A stretch of 63,066 nt of DNA, filler included, from Kipferlia bialata (Eukaryota): NCBI GenBank assembly GCA_003568945.1. It is 7 parts of 7 records of this genome, joined end to end, with 100 filler letters (N's around TTAATTAATTAA, not from the genome) between each part and the next. Parts side by side here need not be neighbours in the genome. Positions count along the whole stretch, not along the records: positions 50,925 to 60,981 come from BDIP01001502.1; positions 61,082 to 63,066 come from BDIP01001558.1; 5 more parts are not named here. One strand, given 5' to 3'. Below are positions 50,939 through 63,066 of the stretch, piece by piece. The position numbers and the translations under genes were made by a program. Within the stretch, counting starts at the first letter, position 1; each line of letters starts with the position of its first letter. The notes under the pieces are model-generated. The model saw nothing but the letters and a program-made list of their open reading frames with translations, ran no database searches and was not told the DNA's origin.

Positions 50939-52713
50939 GGGCATTCGAGTGCTATAGAGGTAAGACTATGCTACATATACTGTATGTATACTGTATGTGT
51001 GCGTTTATCATACTGTATGACACTCCCTATGCGTCTCATTCCAGACAACACCAGTCGCATGATATCTGATGCCACGTGGCTGGTCATGGACTACGGGGTA
51101 TGGGTATGCTATGCACATATATATGTATACACATATATGTATATATATGTGTATGTGTGTGTGCTGGCCCAGCTGGGCACCCCAGTCTACACAGTGTAGA
51201 GTATGTCCTCTAAGGTGTGGTATACCTCTCACTCCCCAGGGCCACTGCATGCACGACGAGGGGGGGTATATATACATGGGTGTATGCGAATTACCCAATC
51301 CTCCGTAACCATCTGCTATATCTATCTATTATGGTGTCTGACCCCAGGGCCACTGCGTGCACGACGAGGAGGGGGAGCAGACGGAGGGTGGGTGGTATCA
51401 ATCAAGCACTGAGTCATAGGAGAGTTATGTGTTAGCCTCTCCCACCCAACCCCAGGCAGTGCCGCTCTCGGCTTCTACCTGGGCAATGTGATCCTAGGTA
51501 CATGCTATATATATATATATATATATGATCCTAGGTAAGTACGTGCCATCTCATTCTCTAGTGTATCCATGTGTAGTCTGACATCTCCTAATCAGAGTCC
51601 TCTTCAATACAACACTCTCCATCACATATATCCCCTAACTCCCATGCTCCATAGCCCAACATCATTTGTTTCTCCCTCTCTTCCCCTACCTATACTGTTT
51701 TGCTACACGTCTCTCACTCCTATGCTGCATTGCCCAGGTTGCCCTGTCCAGAGATGTTACTGAGTGGGGGCTGATAGACCTAATCACACTGGACATGTGT
51801 GTGCAGGTACATAGACGTTGTACTCTAAGTTATCAATCTTGGTGTCGTAGTGATCTACTCACTCCCAGGCAGCTGGCGCTGTCTATCTCAGTGCTGAGTT
51901 CAGTAATGGGTCATTCCCACCAGCAATTAGACAGGCGCAGGTAAGAAAATCCTATCATGAGGCGAAAGCCCTTATCCTAGAAACACAAGAGCTTTCTACA
52001 CGTACCCTTACCCCCTAGATCTGGATGCACTCCCTGGGCAATGGGGTGGGTAGGGAGTGGTACACGTGTGACTGGCCCGTCGCATACACAGCAGGTGGCA
52101 AGCCATATCTGCACCTCCATATATGTATATACAGTGGTACCATCTACCAATGTGGCAGGTACTCCAAGACCATACACTCCAAATGGGGGTTACTACAAGA
52201 CATATACCGATTGGGATACAGGCCCCATCCATCTTGTACCCCTTGAGCAGTATCTCTGCAAAGACGTCGGTGTTGTTGTTCGCTCAAGATACACTCATGT
52301 CTTCTTGTTTTGAGGTGTTCGCATATCTCTCACCCCAGTCCGCCTCCCCCTGTCCATCCATGCCGGTGTGACCCGTGCCTCCTTCAGTCACAACCCAAGT
52401 CAGCCAAGGGTCACGGTGGGGGGGAACACGTTCAGGTGCACAAAGTGGTATACTCAATTATACCACGACACACATTGTAGGATCATATTCTCTATCTCAC
52501 CCCTAGCTATGAGACGTGTGGTGCCTGGACCCAACCACCAGCAGTGACAGACACAGAGACAGGGGTGCCCAATCAGGTATGAGATTATATTAGTACCAGT
52601 ATCATATAGGATATGAGATACTGAGACTGAGACTGAGACTGAGACAGACGTAGAGACAGGCATGGCCAATCAGGTGGGAGGATATAGGTGCCATACTCTA
52701 TATACTATATGTA

Positions 52714-52744
<31 letters not shown>

Positions 52745-53852
52745 GACAGGCCTGCCCAATCAGGTGGGAAACCATAGACACAGACACTATACAACTACCC
52801 GTCACACCCCACTGTGTTCACATGGACACCCTCTCTATGCATACGTCCACCTATACCCTTTACCGTCCTAACCCCCAGGTCGATGTGTACATAGCCCCTT
52901 CTGGTCTGACCACTCTGTTTGGACACATGACAGCATCCGTCAGGGTATGGAGTAATCTGTATGGTACTCTTTACTTCTGTACTAAATGCTCTTCTGTATG
53001 GCATATACACCAGTGGACAGATGACGGTATCGAATTGTGTGGGTGTTACTTTGGATTTGGCCTTTCAATGGATCCAAGAGACTTATACCCCAGGTCCGTC
53101 TCTCCACCCCCACTGACATTGACCTCCACCTGGCACTGAGTGAGGTGGACGCAGAGGGGGGGAGTGTACTCATAGCAAGGTGGGTGTGACTATCCACGTT
53201 ACATATACTCCTGAAACATTCACTCACCCATCAGGGGTGTGCATCATATACCCATATATACATATCACTGTATATATCTCACTCCCAGGGGTGTGCAGCG
53301 TGTATCCCATGCCTCTGGTGATGCCATACCTGTGGAGGCAGGGGAGTGGATACAGGTCGAGGTGGGTGGAAAGGTTATAGATTATGACAACCACCCATAT
53401 CCTTCCTAACCCAGTTTGACCTGTGGACTGTCTCTTGGTCTCTTCAGCCAGATACCACCCTCCACCTGTCCATAGCGGCATCAAACACACCCATGTACCC
53501 AGTGTATGGGGCACACACCGTGGTGGAGGTATATATGTATATATGTACAGGACATGTTGTATAGACAAGTACTGAATATATGTATATGTGCATTTAATAC
53601 ACCCATGTACCCAGTGTATTGGGGCAGAGACAGTGGTGGAGGTGGGTTATATAGTACAAGTACAGTAGGGACTCTATACCTGTTCCGTCTCACCCCCAGG
53701 TTGACCTAGCCTCTTATATATATATGAAGGTGGTTACCATATACGTATAGGTGCCCCCTCATTCCCAGGTTGACCTGGCGTCCTCCACCCTCACTCTGCC
53801 CAGTGCCAACATGGGGGACAGCTGTGCTATGCTGGTGCACTACGGAGAATGA
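50939..53852 (+). CDS. CocE/NonD-family (S15/PepX-like) hydrolase, C-terminal half; 5'-partial
   Basis: Spliced LFGHMTASVRVRLSTPTDIDLHLALSEVDAEGGSVLIARGVQR...GEWIQVEFDLWTVSWSLQPDTTLHLSIAASNTPMY fits the PepX_C/CocE C-terminal domain. WLVMDYGGHC is a candidate catalytic-His loop. Stop TGA at 53850-53852. Confidence 0.75.
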
Positions 53853-54295
53853 AGTCTTGTGTCTACAGTGATGCAACAAGGGATATGCGAGAGGGATAGT
53901 AGAGATACAATGAATGAGAGAGGTGCACGCCATTGTGGGGAGTAGTATCTCTATTGAGGCAGAGAGGGAGAGATAGGTAGACGGAGAGAGGGATAATAGA
54001 GTGGCGATGAGTGATAGCTGTGCACGATGGGGAGGGGTCTGAATACGGGATAGCCTGTCCTCAATGAGCACTGCTCAAATATATGAGCAACACCACCTGA
54101 CCCCATTTACTTGATGAATTGATGGGTTGCAGTAGAAGGGAGACTATTATGGAGCTGTCGCAGCTGGTCATTCTATATCGTAATCGCGTAGATACTCACC
54201 AAAAACAAAGGGGCCAAAATCCCTAGAGCCTGACATCTTGCGACTGTTCTCATCCACCCCAACTCCAACGTCTAAGGGGAGGAGTCCTTACTCCC

Positions 54296-54336
54296 ATGCT
54301 GAATGTCAACATTGGCCTGATGGGCCATGTGGACAG
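54296..54336 (+). CDS. EEFSEC: First exon of a translational GTPase, most like the selenocysteine-specific elongation factor; remainder lost at the poly-C/poly-G junction
   Basis: MLNVNIGLMGHVD(S) followed by a GTGGGT donor. It matches eEFSec NVNVGVLGH(I/V)DSGKT at the extreme N-terminus better than EF-1A, eRF3 or EF-Tu. Only 14 codons are available. Confidence 0.6.
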
Positions 54337-54506
54337 GTGGGTGGTCTGAATGCATATATATATATATATATACCTGATGTATAGATGTGTCATCAGTTGA
54401 TGTTGTACCTAAGGGGGGAGAGGCTCATTCAGCGGGAATAGCAGAGCGGGGCATCCTGTCTTATGGGTATATTGTCCTTGTTATACACTAGCAGTCAACC
54501 AAGTCA

Positions 54507-54507
<1 letters not shown>

Positions 54508-54556
<49 letters not shown>

Positions 54557-54564
54557 ACAACCCC

Positions 54565-54595
<31 letters not shown>
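54508..54595. other. Poly-C/poly-G junction, probable misassembly
   Basis: Two convergent genes both run into it without finishing; contig ends elsewhere also terminate in poly-C/G. Confidence 0.75.
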
Positions 54596-54715
54596 TGCAT
54601 ACAATACAATACAATACAGAGATGGAGAAGATGAAGCATATGTACTTGGTGGAATGATACCTTATATATCTATACATATATCTATACATATGTATATATA
54701 TACATGTGTGCATAC

Positions 54716-55993
54716 CTGGTAGAAGGGTGCCATCGGTAGAGGCCCAGAGGCAGAGAGAGAGGAGAGACCAGAGGGCTCTGCATTGAGGACGCTGTCCCTG
54801 TCTCTCTCCTCCTCCTCCTCACTGTCACTCTGGATCATGACGCCTAGGGTTATAAGGGGTCAGAGACGATACATAGTGGCTCGGATCTCACTATTAAATG
54901 TTGCACGGTATGTCGTATGTAGTCGCACTGGATCATGACACCAGGGTAAGACAGGGTATACACGTACAATACTATTATACATAGACACCACCCACCTGAC
55001 TCATTGAAGGGGTCCTCTCTCTCTCTCTCCTTCAGAGAGTGGATGCCTAACGGGTAAGGATGCATATACGATAGTATCTGAAACACTGCATCTTAATATC
55101 TACCAGTATGTGGCAATGAGTCTATATGAATCTATATACGCCCTCATACAACCCACACTCTGTACTGTGACACATACCGTCGAGTCTTCCAGTGTCCAAG
55201 TCCCGACTGGTCAAGTCCCGGCTCGTCAAGGTACGAGTAGCTATCTCTCCGGAACAGCGCCCACACACATCTGCTTGTCAGGTCATACACAACATTATGT
55301 ATATCACCGCTATACATATATACTGAATAGCATCAATATCATTCTATACAGGGTGCAGAAGTGGGAATGTCCGTGTACCAGACCAGGGACAGTAACGTAT
55401 ATAGTGCACCCACCTGGTGGTGTAAGGGCCCTCTCTCTCAGCTGTTGACACTCCAACTCGATGGCCTGCCTCTCTCTCTCCTTCTCCTGGGACTCTCTCT
55501 CTCTCTCTCCCTCCCTAGCACTGGCTGTCTCTCTCTCCCTCTCAAGGTCTTCGACAAGAGAGTCCCGCTCACTCACTAGAGACTCCTTCTCACTCACTAG
55601 AGTGTCTCTCTCTCTCTCAAGCGACTGAATCCGCTCGAGCAGAGACTTCTCCCGAGTGCTCTCCTCCTCTCTCTCTCTGTCTCTCTCCTTCTCTCTCTCC
55701 TCTTCCCTCTCTACGTGCTTGGCCAACTCCTCCTCAGCACTCGGCCCTGTGCTCTCTCTCTCCTCCTCCTTCTCAGCCTCTCTCTCCCTGGGCATTAGAG
55801 GGGACATGGTCATTTAGGTGTATGGGATTGTGGTAGTGACAGGGATAATAAACCAGTGCAGTGTGGACACCAGTAGGCCGTCATCTGAGGGATCAGTACA
55901 AACATATCTACATACACGTGTATGTACCTGGCCGTGATTGCTGCCCGTGCCCCTGCCTCCTGTCCCCCTATTGTGCGGGAGATGTCGGTGAGG
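54716..55993 (-). CDS. Internal fragment of an E/R-rich coiled-coil protein, partial at both ends
   Basis: Five phase-compatible exons, including 55787-55414 (EKSLLERIQSLERERDTLVSEKESLVSERDSL). Confidence 0.65.
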
Positions 55994-56185
55994 CTGGGGT
56001 GAGGGGAGGGGGCAGAGATAGATAGGGGGATGGGGGGGGGGGGGGGGGGAAAGAGTGAAAGGAGGGTGNNNNNNNNAATGGCGACATGGTCATATGTATA
56101 TATATCTCAATGCCCCCCCCCCCCCTTTCTCTCTGTCTATTACATATATTGATTTATTCATATATATACATATACTGATGCCCAG

Positions 56186-57813
56186 GTCCAGGACTGCAAT
56201 GGTGACATGGCCAATGTGCTCTGTGGGTCCGCCAAGGTAGTGTAGTATATAGTGTGTATATAGTATATATGTAGTAGTATATGGTATAGTATAATATAGT
56301 ATTGTGGTGACATGGCCAATGTGCTCTGTGGGTCCGCCAAGGTACCATAATATAGTGGTTTATACTATGATGATACTATCAAGGGTAGTTGTGAATTTAT
56401 CCCCCCCCCCCCTCCCCTCCCTTCCCACACATCTATGCCACTTCCTGCCTCTATGCCACTTCGCTGGTGTCACCCTTCTCTGTCTCTTCCTGGTTGTCTC
56501 TCCCCCCCGCCTCTCTCTCTCTCTCCCTTCCCCCCACTCAACTTTGTTGTACTATCAGACTCAGTGTAGCTGTGTATGAAACCCTTTCTCTCTCTCTCTC
56601 TCTCTCTCCCTCTACCCCCTTTAACCACAGATCCAGGTCAGGCGTGGCACTGAGCCAGGGACCATGAACTTTGAGGTCGGAAGGAGCTACGAACTCATTG
56701 GTATGTGTTTATTCGTATATAATAAGTGTCATATTGTACTCTCTCCCGCTTTGGATACCCCCCCCCCTATGTCCCTCTCTGCCCCGTATCAGTGTTATCT
56801 CTAGCTCTCTCTCTCTCTCTCTCTTTCCCTCTACACCCTTAATATCAGGCACTGCCAAGAACGAGCAGGGCCAGATGTTCCTCCTCTGCACATTCAACGT
56901 GCCACTTGACACTGAGGGACATGTGTTTGGTGAGTTTTTATAGAGAGATACATTTATACACTTCAATTTGGTATACACATATATATAGTGTATTCTTCTT
57001 CATATACTATAATATGTATATTATGTGTATGTATATATATGTCCCTCCTCTGCACATTTTTTAGTCATTTTTTAGTCATTTTTTAGTCATTTTTTAGGTG
57101 CCCCTTGACACTGAGGGTCACGTGTTCTGTATATATGTACTGTATAAACTACTGCATATATGTATACCATATGTGTATACCAAACGCTGATATATAGAGA
57201 CACTTTACAGTGTGAACTCTAACTATTCTCCCCCTCTTCTTCTCCCTCTAGCCCCTTATGTCAGACATGGCACTGTACTACAAGACCACTGATAAGTATA
57301 CAGACACATTTATCTACATTCATACATATATGTATACATATATATTATTATATATATATTGTCTCTCTCTCTCTCCCTCTAGCCCCTTATGTCAGACATG
57401 GCTCTGTACTACAAGACCCTTACCTCCACATTTATCTACATACACATATATATATACATATATACTTATATTTATATATTGTCTCTCTCTCTCTCTCCCT
57501 CTAGCCCCTTATATTCAGACATGGCTCTGTACTACAAGACCCTTGATACAGTATACATACACATTAATTAATCTACGTATATATATATACATTATATTGT
57601 ATATGTACTCTTTCCTCCTGGCCCCTTATATTCAGACATGGCACTGTACTACAAGACCCTTGATAAAGTATACATACACATTTGTCTAACATACATATAT
57701 ATATTGTATTTACTCTTTCTTCCTGGACCCTTATGTCAGACATGGCACTGTACTACAAGACCCTCGACATGAGCGCCAACCCACTCTTCAAGGACATCTT
57801 CAACACCATGTAA
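56186..57813 (+). CDS. RPA3: Replication protein A 14-kDa subunit (RPA3-like), 5'-partial, 4 exons
   Basis: Spliced YELIGTAKNEQGQMFLLCTFNVPLDTEGHVFDMALYYKTLDMSANPLFKDIF resembles the RPA14 C-terminus (VEVVG...ILCT...HPFDLGLYNEAV...P). Stop TAA at 57811-57813. Confidence 0.72.
57250..57762 (+). repeat. About 105-130-bp tandem duplications spanning the last RPA3 acceptor (4 echoes plus the functional copy)
   Basis: CCCTTAT(G/AT)TCAGACATGGC(A/T)CTGTACTACAAGACC, with exon-copy starts at about 57265, 57396, 57519 and 57636 and the functional start at 57740. Confidence 0.93.
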
Positions 57814-58357
57814 AAAGGGGTGTAGAGGGAGAGAAGAAGAGTGTAGAGGGAGAGAGATGGAGTTCAATAATAGACAAACAGTTCTACTGTGGTAGTGCAA
57901 AAGTCATATGTTTGGACATTATGGCTGGTGTGTCACTACTGTTAGAAGTATCATAACCTACAAACTAACAGACTGACAGGAATTGAGAATCTATTTGGAC
58001 AACTCGCCAACCTCAGTCCATATATGATATATATATCATATATACAAATATGCATATAGATATCATGGGATATTGATCCATAGGTTGACGTTGATAGAAC
58101 ACAAAGAACTGTTGACTCTCCATGGCGCTATTGAAGAGAATCCAAGGACTGACTCACGTAATATATGTAATATGTATACAGTGCTGAGTCCAACCGTACG
58201 ACGTACACTGTACACCGTACACCGTATCTCCAGCCTGACACGGAAGGACGGCAGAATGGTGGATGCTAGAAGTTGAAGGGAGAGAGAGTGGCACAAGTAG
58301 AGACCACATCTGAATCTCTCTCTCTCTCCCTCTCTTCCCCTCAATACTCTGTCTCAC

Positions 58358-58984
58358 TTAGAACTCACTCCCCTCAGACCCCTCTGCATCTATGGGCTGG
58401 AAGGGATCAGACCTGTTGATTAGATGAATATTGGGTTGGGAACAAAGAAGTAGTGTATATAGTAGAGGTAGTAGCAACCGTGTAGATGAGCAGCATACGC
58501 CAGAGTTGGATGTAGTGGGGAAGTATTCTTAAGATATGAAGAGAGAGAGAGACTGAGTAAAACAGGTACATACACATATATACATGTCTAGCGAGAGAGA
58601 TGTAAACTAGATGCATATATAATCCATATATATACCTTGCTGGTCGCCGCTTGGCCTGGGGGGCAGGGGCAGCCTGGGGTGAGAGTTTACATATTATTAT
58701 ACACTACACTGTATGCATAATATATATACTATATATATCTGACTACACATATATATATCTATATCACCTTCGAGGCAGGTGCAGCCTGGTGTAAGACATA
58801 TCAATGACTTAATATGAGTATAGTACATACATAGTTTATAGTCAATAGACTTGTTTACTATGAGGTCGGCTTACTGAGTAGTTAACCAATACAACCATAT
58901 CCCTGAACCACAGGTCTTCATACAATCATACACCATTACCTGTACCACCGAGCTGAGCCACCTCTCTCTCTCTCTCTCTCTCTG

Positions 58985-59021
<37 letters not shown>

Positions 59022-59299
59022 ACATATATATATATATAATAGTATATATTCACACACAATTACCTGTGCCACCGAGCTGAGCCATCCCTCTCTCTCTCTC
59101 TCTACATATCATATCCATATCATAACACTATGTATCTAAATTATATATATACCAGTACCTGTGCCACAGAGCTGAATGCCGATGTAAGCTGTGCCTCTCT
59201 GGCAGCCTGGGGGGTCAGGAATAGTCAAACAGAGTCAGATACAGTCAACGCATAGGGTGTCGTATAATATAGTACATTAAATGTATACATACAGTACAT

Positions 59300-59344
<45 letters not shown>

Positions 59345-60281
59345 GTTAAAACCATGATGGGAGGTTGTGGAGCAGATACCAGAGATATATTGAACACTAA
59401 TAGTAGTACTCTCCCGAACCTGTCTAGCGGCTCTCTCTCTCTCAGCCGCAGCCTGCTCTCTCTCTGCCTCAGTCTCCGCCTCTCCCTCTCCCTCTCCTTC
59501 TCTTTCAACCTCTGCAGACGCCTCAGACGCTCCAGACGCTCCAGACGCTCTTGCTGCCCGTCTTGAGGCTCTTGTGGCTCTTGTGCTTCTGGTACCTCTT
59601 GTCGGTCTCTGTGTCACTACTGTCTCTGTCTGTGTCTCTCCCTCAGCGTCCTTCTCTCCCTCCCCCTCTCCTTCTCCCTCTTCGTCTGGTGTCTCTCTGA
59701 GAGCAATCACTGGCATCGGGAGACCGAGCCTGAATTTAGAAAGAAAAGGGGAGTTTTTAGCATATTTGAATACATTTATATCATGCCTGCCTAGAGTTAC
59801 TATATACACATATGTATATATATAGTATATATATAGTATATGAGTATATATATATATATGCACTGGCATGTGGAAACCCAGCCTATAGTTAGTAAGAAGT
59901 GGTATAATATTTGCACACTTGTGTATGATTAGAGAAGTATCAATATGTATTCGTACCTCTCCCTCTGGTGGACCTCCTCGACCAGCCTGACACATTACAT
60001 ACCACATATATAACATAGATATATAGGTATACACTTGTATACATATGTATATACAGATAAATATGTATTCGTACCTCTCCCTCTGGTGGACCTCCTCGAC
60101 CAGTGTGACATATATACATATATATATATATAGATATAAATATATATAGATATAAATATATATATAGATATATATATGAGATATATTCATATATATGCAT
60201 ATATACATGTCTGAATACCTCTCCCTCTGATGGACCTCCTCGACCAGCCTGGCCTTACTCCTAGGGGGTCAGAGAGACTAT

Positions 60282-60320
<39 letters not shown>

Positions 60321-60866
60321 GAGAGAGTGAGAGAGAGAGAGGCAGAGAAAGAGTACCTTGGTGTCAGGGGTGGCAGTGCCTCCAGGTACGATGCAATGTC
60401 AGCCTCGGCGGTGGAGGCAGCGTCTGGGGTTAGATAGTGTTACATACATAACACCATATATAGAACAATAGTAATTCACTCTGATCTCTATATAGATAAA
60501 AAATATACGATCATATATATATATATCTATATATATATATATATATATATGGTATCATGCAATGTCAGCCTCGGCGGTGGAGGCAGCGTCTAGGGTAAGA
60601 TAGAATAAGGATAAATGAAAAACAATACTACGATAGAGAGTCTCTATTAGAGACATAGAATAGGTAGATAACTATATATATGCTGCAATGTCAGCCTCGG
60701 CGGTGGAGGCAGCGTCTGATGTGAGACAGTATTACATAGTGGTGGTAGAGGCAATCATGTACATCATATTTACAATATTCAAATAGTAGACAATATTTAT
60801 AGTTTACACACATATATATATAGAGAGAGAGAACATTGTACCTGGTGCAGGTGGAGGCATTGAGTC
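58358..60866 (-). CDS. C-terminal exons of a hypothetical protein with a low-complexity charged tail; 5'-partial
   Basis: Exons DAASTAEADIASYLEALPPLTP, SKARLVEEVHQRE, LGLPMPVIALRE...RAARQ, AAREAQLTSAFSSVAQ, AAPAPQAKRRPA and SDPFQ...SEF*. Confidence 0.62.
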
Positions 60867-60939
60867 CTGGAAGGCACATAAGTGTACATATATATGTGTT
60901 AAGAATATTGAATGTACACCTATATACAGATGTATATAC

Positions 60940-60981
<42 letters not shown>

Positions 60982-61081
60982 NNNNNNNNNNNNNNNNNNN
61001 NNNNNNNNNNNNNNNNNNNNNNNNNTTAATTAATTAANNNNNNNNNNNNNNNNNNNNNNNNNNNNNNNNNNNNNNNNNNNN
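60982..61081. other. Artificial contig linker
   Basis: N44-TTAATTAATTAA-N44. Confidence 0.98.
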
Positions 61082-61134
<53 letters not shown>

Positions 61135-61191
61135 ACGGAAATGATGTAAATGCAATACACGTGACATGAACATGTACTTCCACACACATAC

Positions 61192-61424
61192 CTGTGCAAG
61201 CTGCGTCCAGGGGTGTGGTGAGGCATGTGACAGAGGCAGGGGTCCTGATGTGTCAGTATGTATATACATGTAACCATACTGACACTGATACTGCTTGATA
61301 CATATATATACATACCTGATGACTGTGGTCTCCCTCATCTCCAGCACATCGTATATCCTGAGGCCGGCATTGACATCGCCTGTGATGCACCTGATGTCAG
61401 ACACAAACACACACACACACATAG

Positions 61425-61459
<35 letters not shown>

Positions 61460-61529
61460 AGTTAGTTATCCTGAGGCCGGCATTGACATCGCCGGTGATG
61501 CACCTGATGTCAGACACAAACACACACAG

Positions 61530-61576
<47 letters not shown>

Positions 61577-62944
61577 ATAGATATATGAATTAACATTCTA
61601 TGTGTGTGTGTATATATATATATATATACCTGACGCCAGTGAGAGGTGCCACGCATGTGTAGGTGTTGCTGGCTGCCCTGGTCTCAGCTATCTGCTCCAC
61701 ATCGGCCAGGAAGCCCTTGCCCTCCTCCTGGGGGTGGGATGTAGAGTTGTCAATATAGCTAGTGTATACGTATAGAGATGGGTTAGTATATTGGATCACT
61801 GATTGGCCAGGAAGCCCTTGCCCTCCTCCTGGGATTGGGGTATGTATGAGTATATACATCGAAAAGTTCATATATATATATACAAATATAATTAGAAATG
61901 GAAATAAGAATATATATAGCATCCACATACAAAATATGAGTATTCCTCTGAAACAATGAACTGGTACATGCATAGGACCACTTAGAATAATATATATAGC
62001 ACTTACACAGTGAGTACCTTGAGTGTGACTGTGAAGAGCTGGTTGCCAGAGGCCACCACAGCGGCACCCTGTGGGTAAGAGATAGACTAGGGGAGGGGGG
62101 GGGGGGGGGTACTAACTGGAGAGAGACCCCTGTCGTGCAATTATATATACATCATAGAGCCCCACCTGCATCCTGCACAGAGATGCAATGGGGTTGTCGA
62201 ATGCGTGTATCTCCTTGGCAGGGGAGAGGGTCTCGTTCTCAGCCAGGGAGAGGCAGAGGGAGCCGTCCATGGCACCTGAATATGAGAATAGAGAGAGGGA
62301 GAGATTGTGTACATAATATACAACAACACAGCTATTAGATTCGTCATACCTGTGAGCACTGCGTGTCCCTTGGAGTCAGTGCCCCTGAGGGGACCGAGGG
62401 GCAGGGTGGTCAGGCCTAGGTATCAGTAGGGTGCTTTAATATGGATAGAGAGAAACCCATATGGGATATATATGTATGAATGCAGAAAATAGTAATTATT
62501 GATACATATGCATTCATACGCACCTGCGATGGGCAGCCTGTATCCAACATATAAACATGTAGATATACATATAGGCATAGAAACACATACACTTTCACAT
62601 ATATACATATATAGTTAACTACCCACCTGCGATGGGCAGCCTGTGTGCGGGCACCTGTGTCACAGGGGAGGTGGCAGTCAGGGTCTTGAACCCATCGGCA
62701 GCCCTGGGGGGTAAGATAGGAGGGCAACAGGATATAAGACACTAGAAGTGATGATGTATATTGGGTGTATGGAATGTGACACCCACCTCTCCCCCAGGGG
62801 TGGGAGGGACACCAGGTGCCTAATATCCAAATGCATATGCCATACATTATATGTATACACTAACAGTATACCACCCACCTCTCCCCCAGGGGTGGGAGGG
62901 ACACCAGGTGCACCTGGCCATCGTGGGACCCGGCAACGACAGAC
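61192..62944 (-). CDS. Internal exons of a beta-propeller protein, probably DDB1/CPSF160/SF3B3 family (CPSF_A region)
   Basis: Spliced IHAFDNPIASLCRMQGAAVVASGNQLFTVTLK...CITGDVNAGLRIYD resembles the CPSF_A pattern GxVxxxxxFNGKLLAxxxxxxxLY...ILVGDLxxSxxLL. Confidence 0.5.
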
Positions 62945-63066
62945 CTGGCGGTGGGACTATGTATGTATACATATATATACATATAGAGGTTGGGGGGGGG
63001 ACAACAGACCTGGGGTGACTACAGAAAGGGGAGGGGGGGGGGGGGGGGGGGGGAGAGGGGGGGAGA

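Noticed and set aside
51738..51810. In-frame TGA read as selenocysteine to fix the phase problem in the CocE gene
   Set aside because: That frame hits another TGA in the next exon, while the other frame is open and continues into the conserved domain.
53852..57813. Functional clustering of hydrolase, eEFSec, coiled-coil gene and RPA3
   Set aside because: The segments are separated by poly-C/G junctions and a small gap (56069-56076) at which genes are truncated, so the adjacency is probably an assembly artefact.

Overview
This is eukaryotic, intron-dense protist DNA, not a prokaryotic locus. The window concatenates seven unrelated ~10-kb contigs joined by artificial 100-nt linkers (N44-TTAATTAATTAA-N44). 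Contig lengths fall monotonically (>=10114, 10094, 10075, 10073, 10068, 10057), so adjacency across linkers means nothing. Introns are GT-AG with a branch point fused to the acceptor (YTNAY-n4-AG), which is metamonad-like; gene style suggests a free-living fornicate such as Kipferlia (inference only). Manual splicing recovers a K+-independent membrane H+-pyrophosphatase, an alpha-D-phosphohexomutase, a sirtuin, RPA3, a CocE/NonD hydrolase, a SPRY-domain protein, a DDB1/CPSF160-like fragment, the first exon of a probable eEFSec, three Kelch-like genes and three members of a pentapeptide-repeat family. The main unexplained structure is 'exon-edge echoes'. Most introns of the conserved genes carry ladders of partial copies of the flanking exon ends with their splice sites. 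The functional site is always the outermost one, the copies differ from the live exon mostly at synonymous positions, and similar copies occur after stop codons. The pattern looks like an archive of displaced allelic exon edges.
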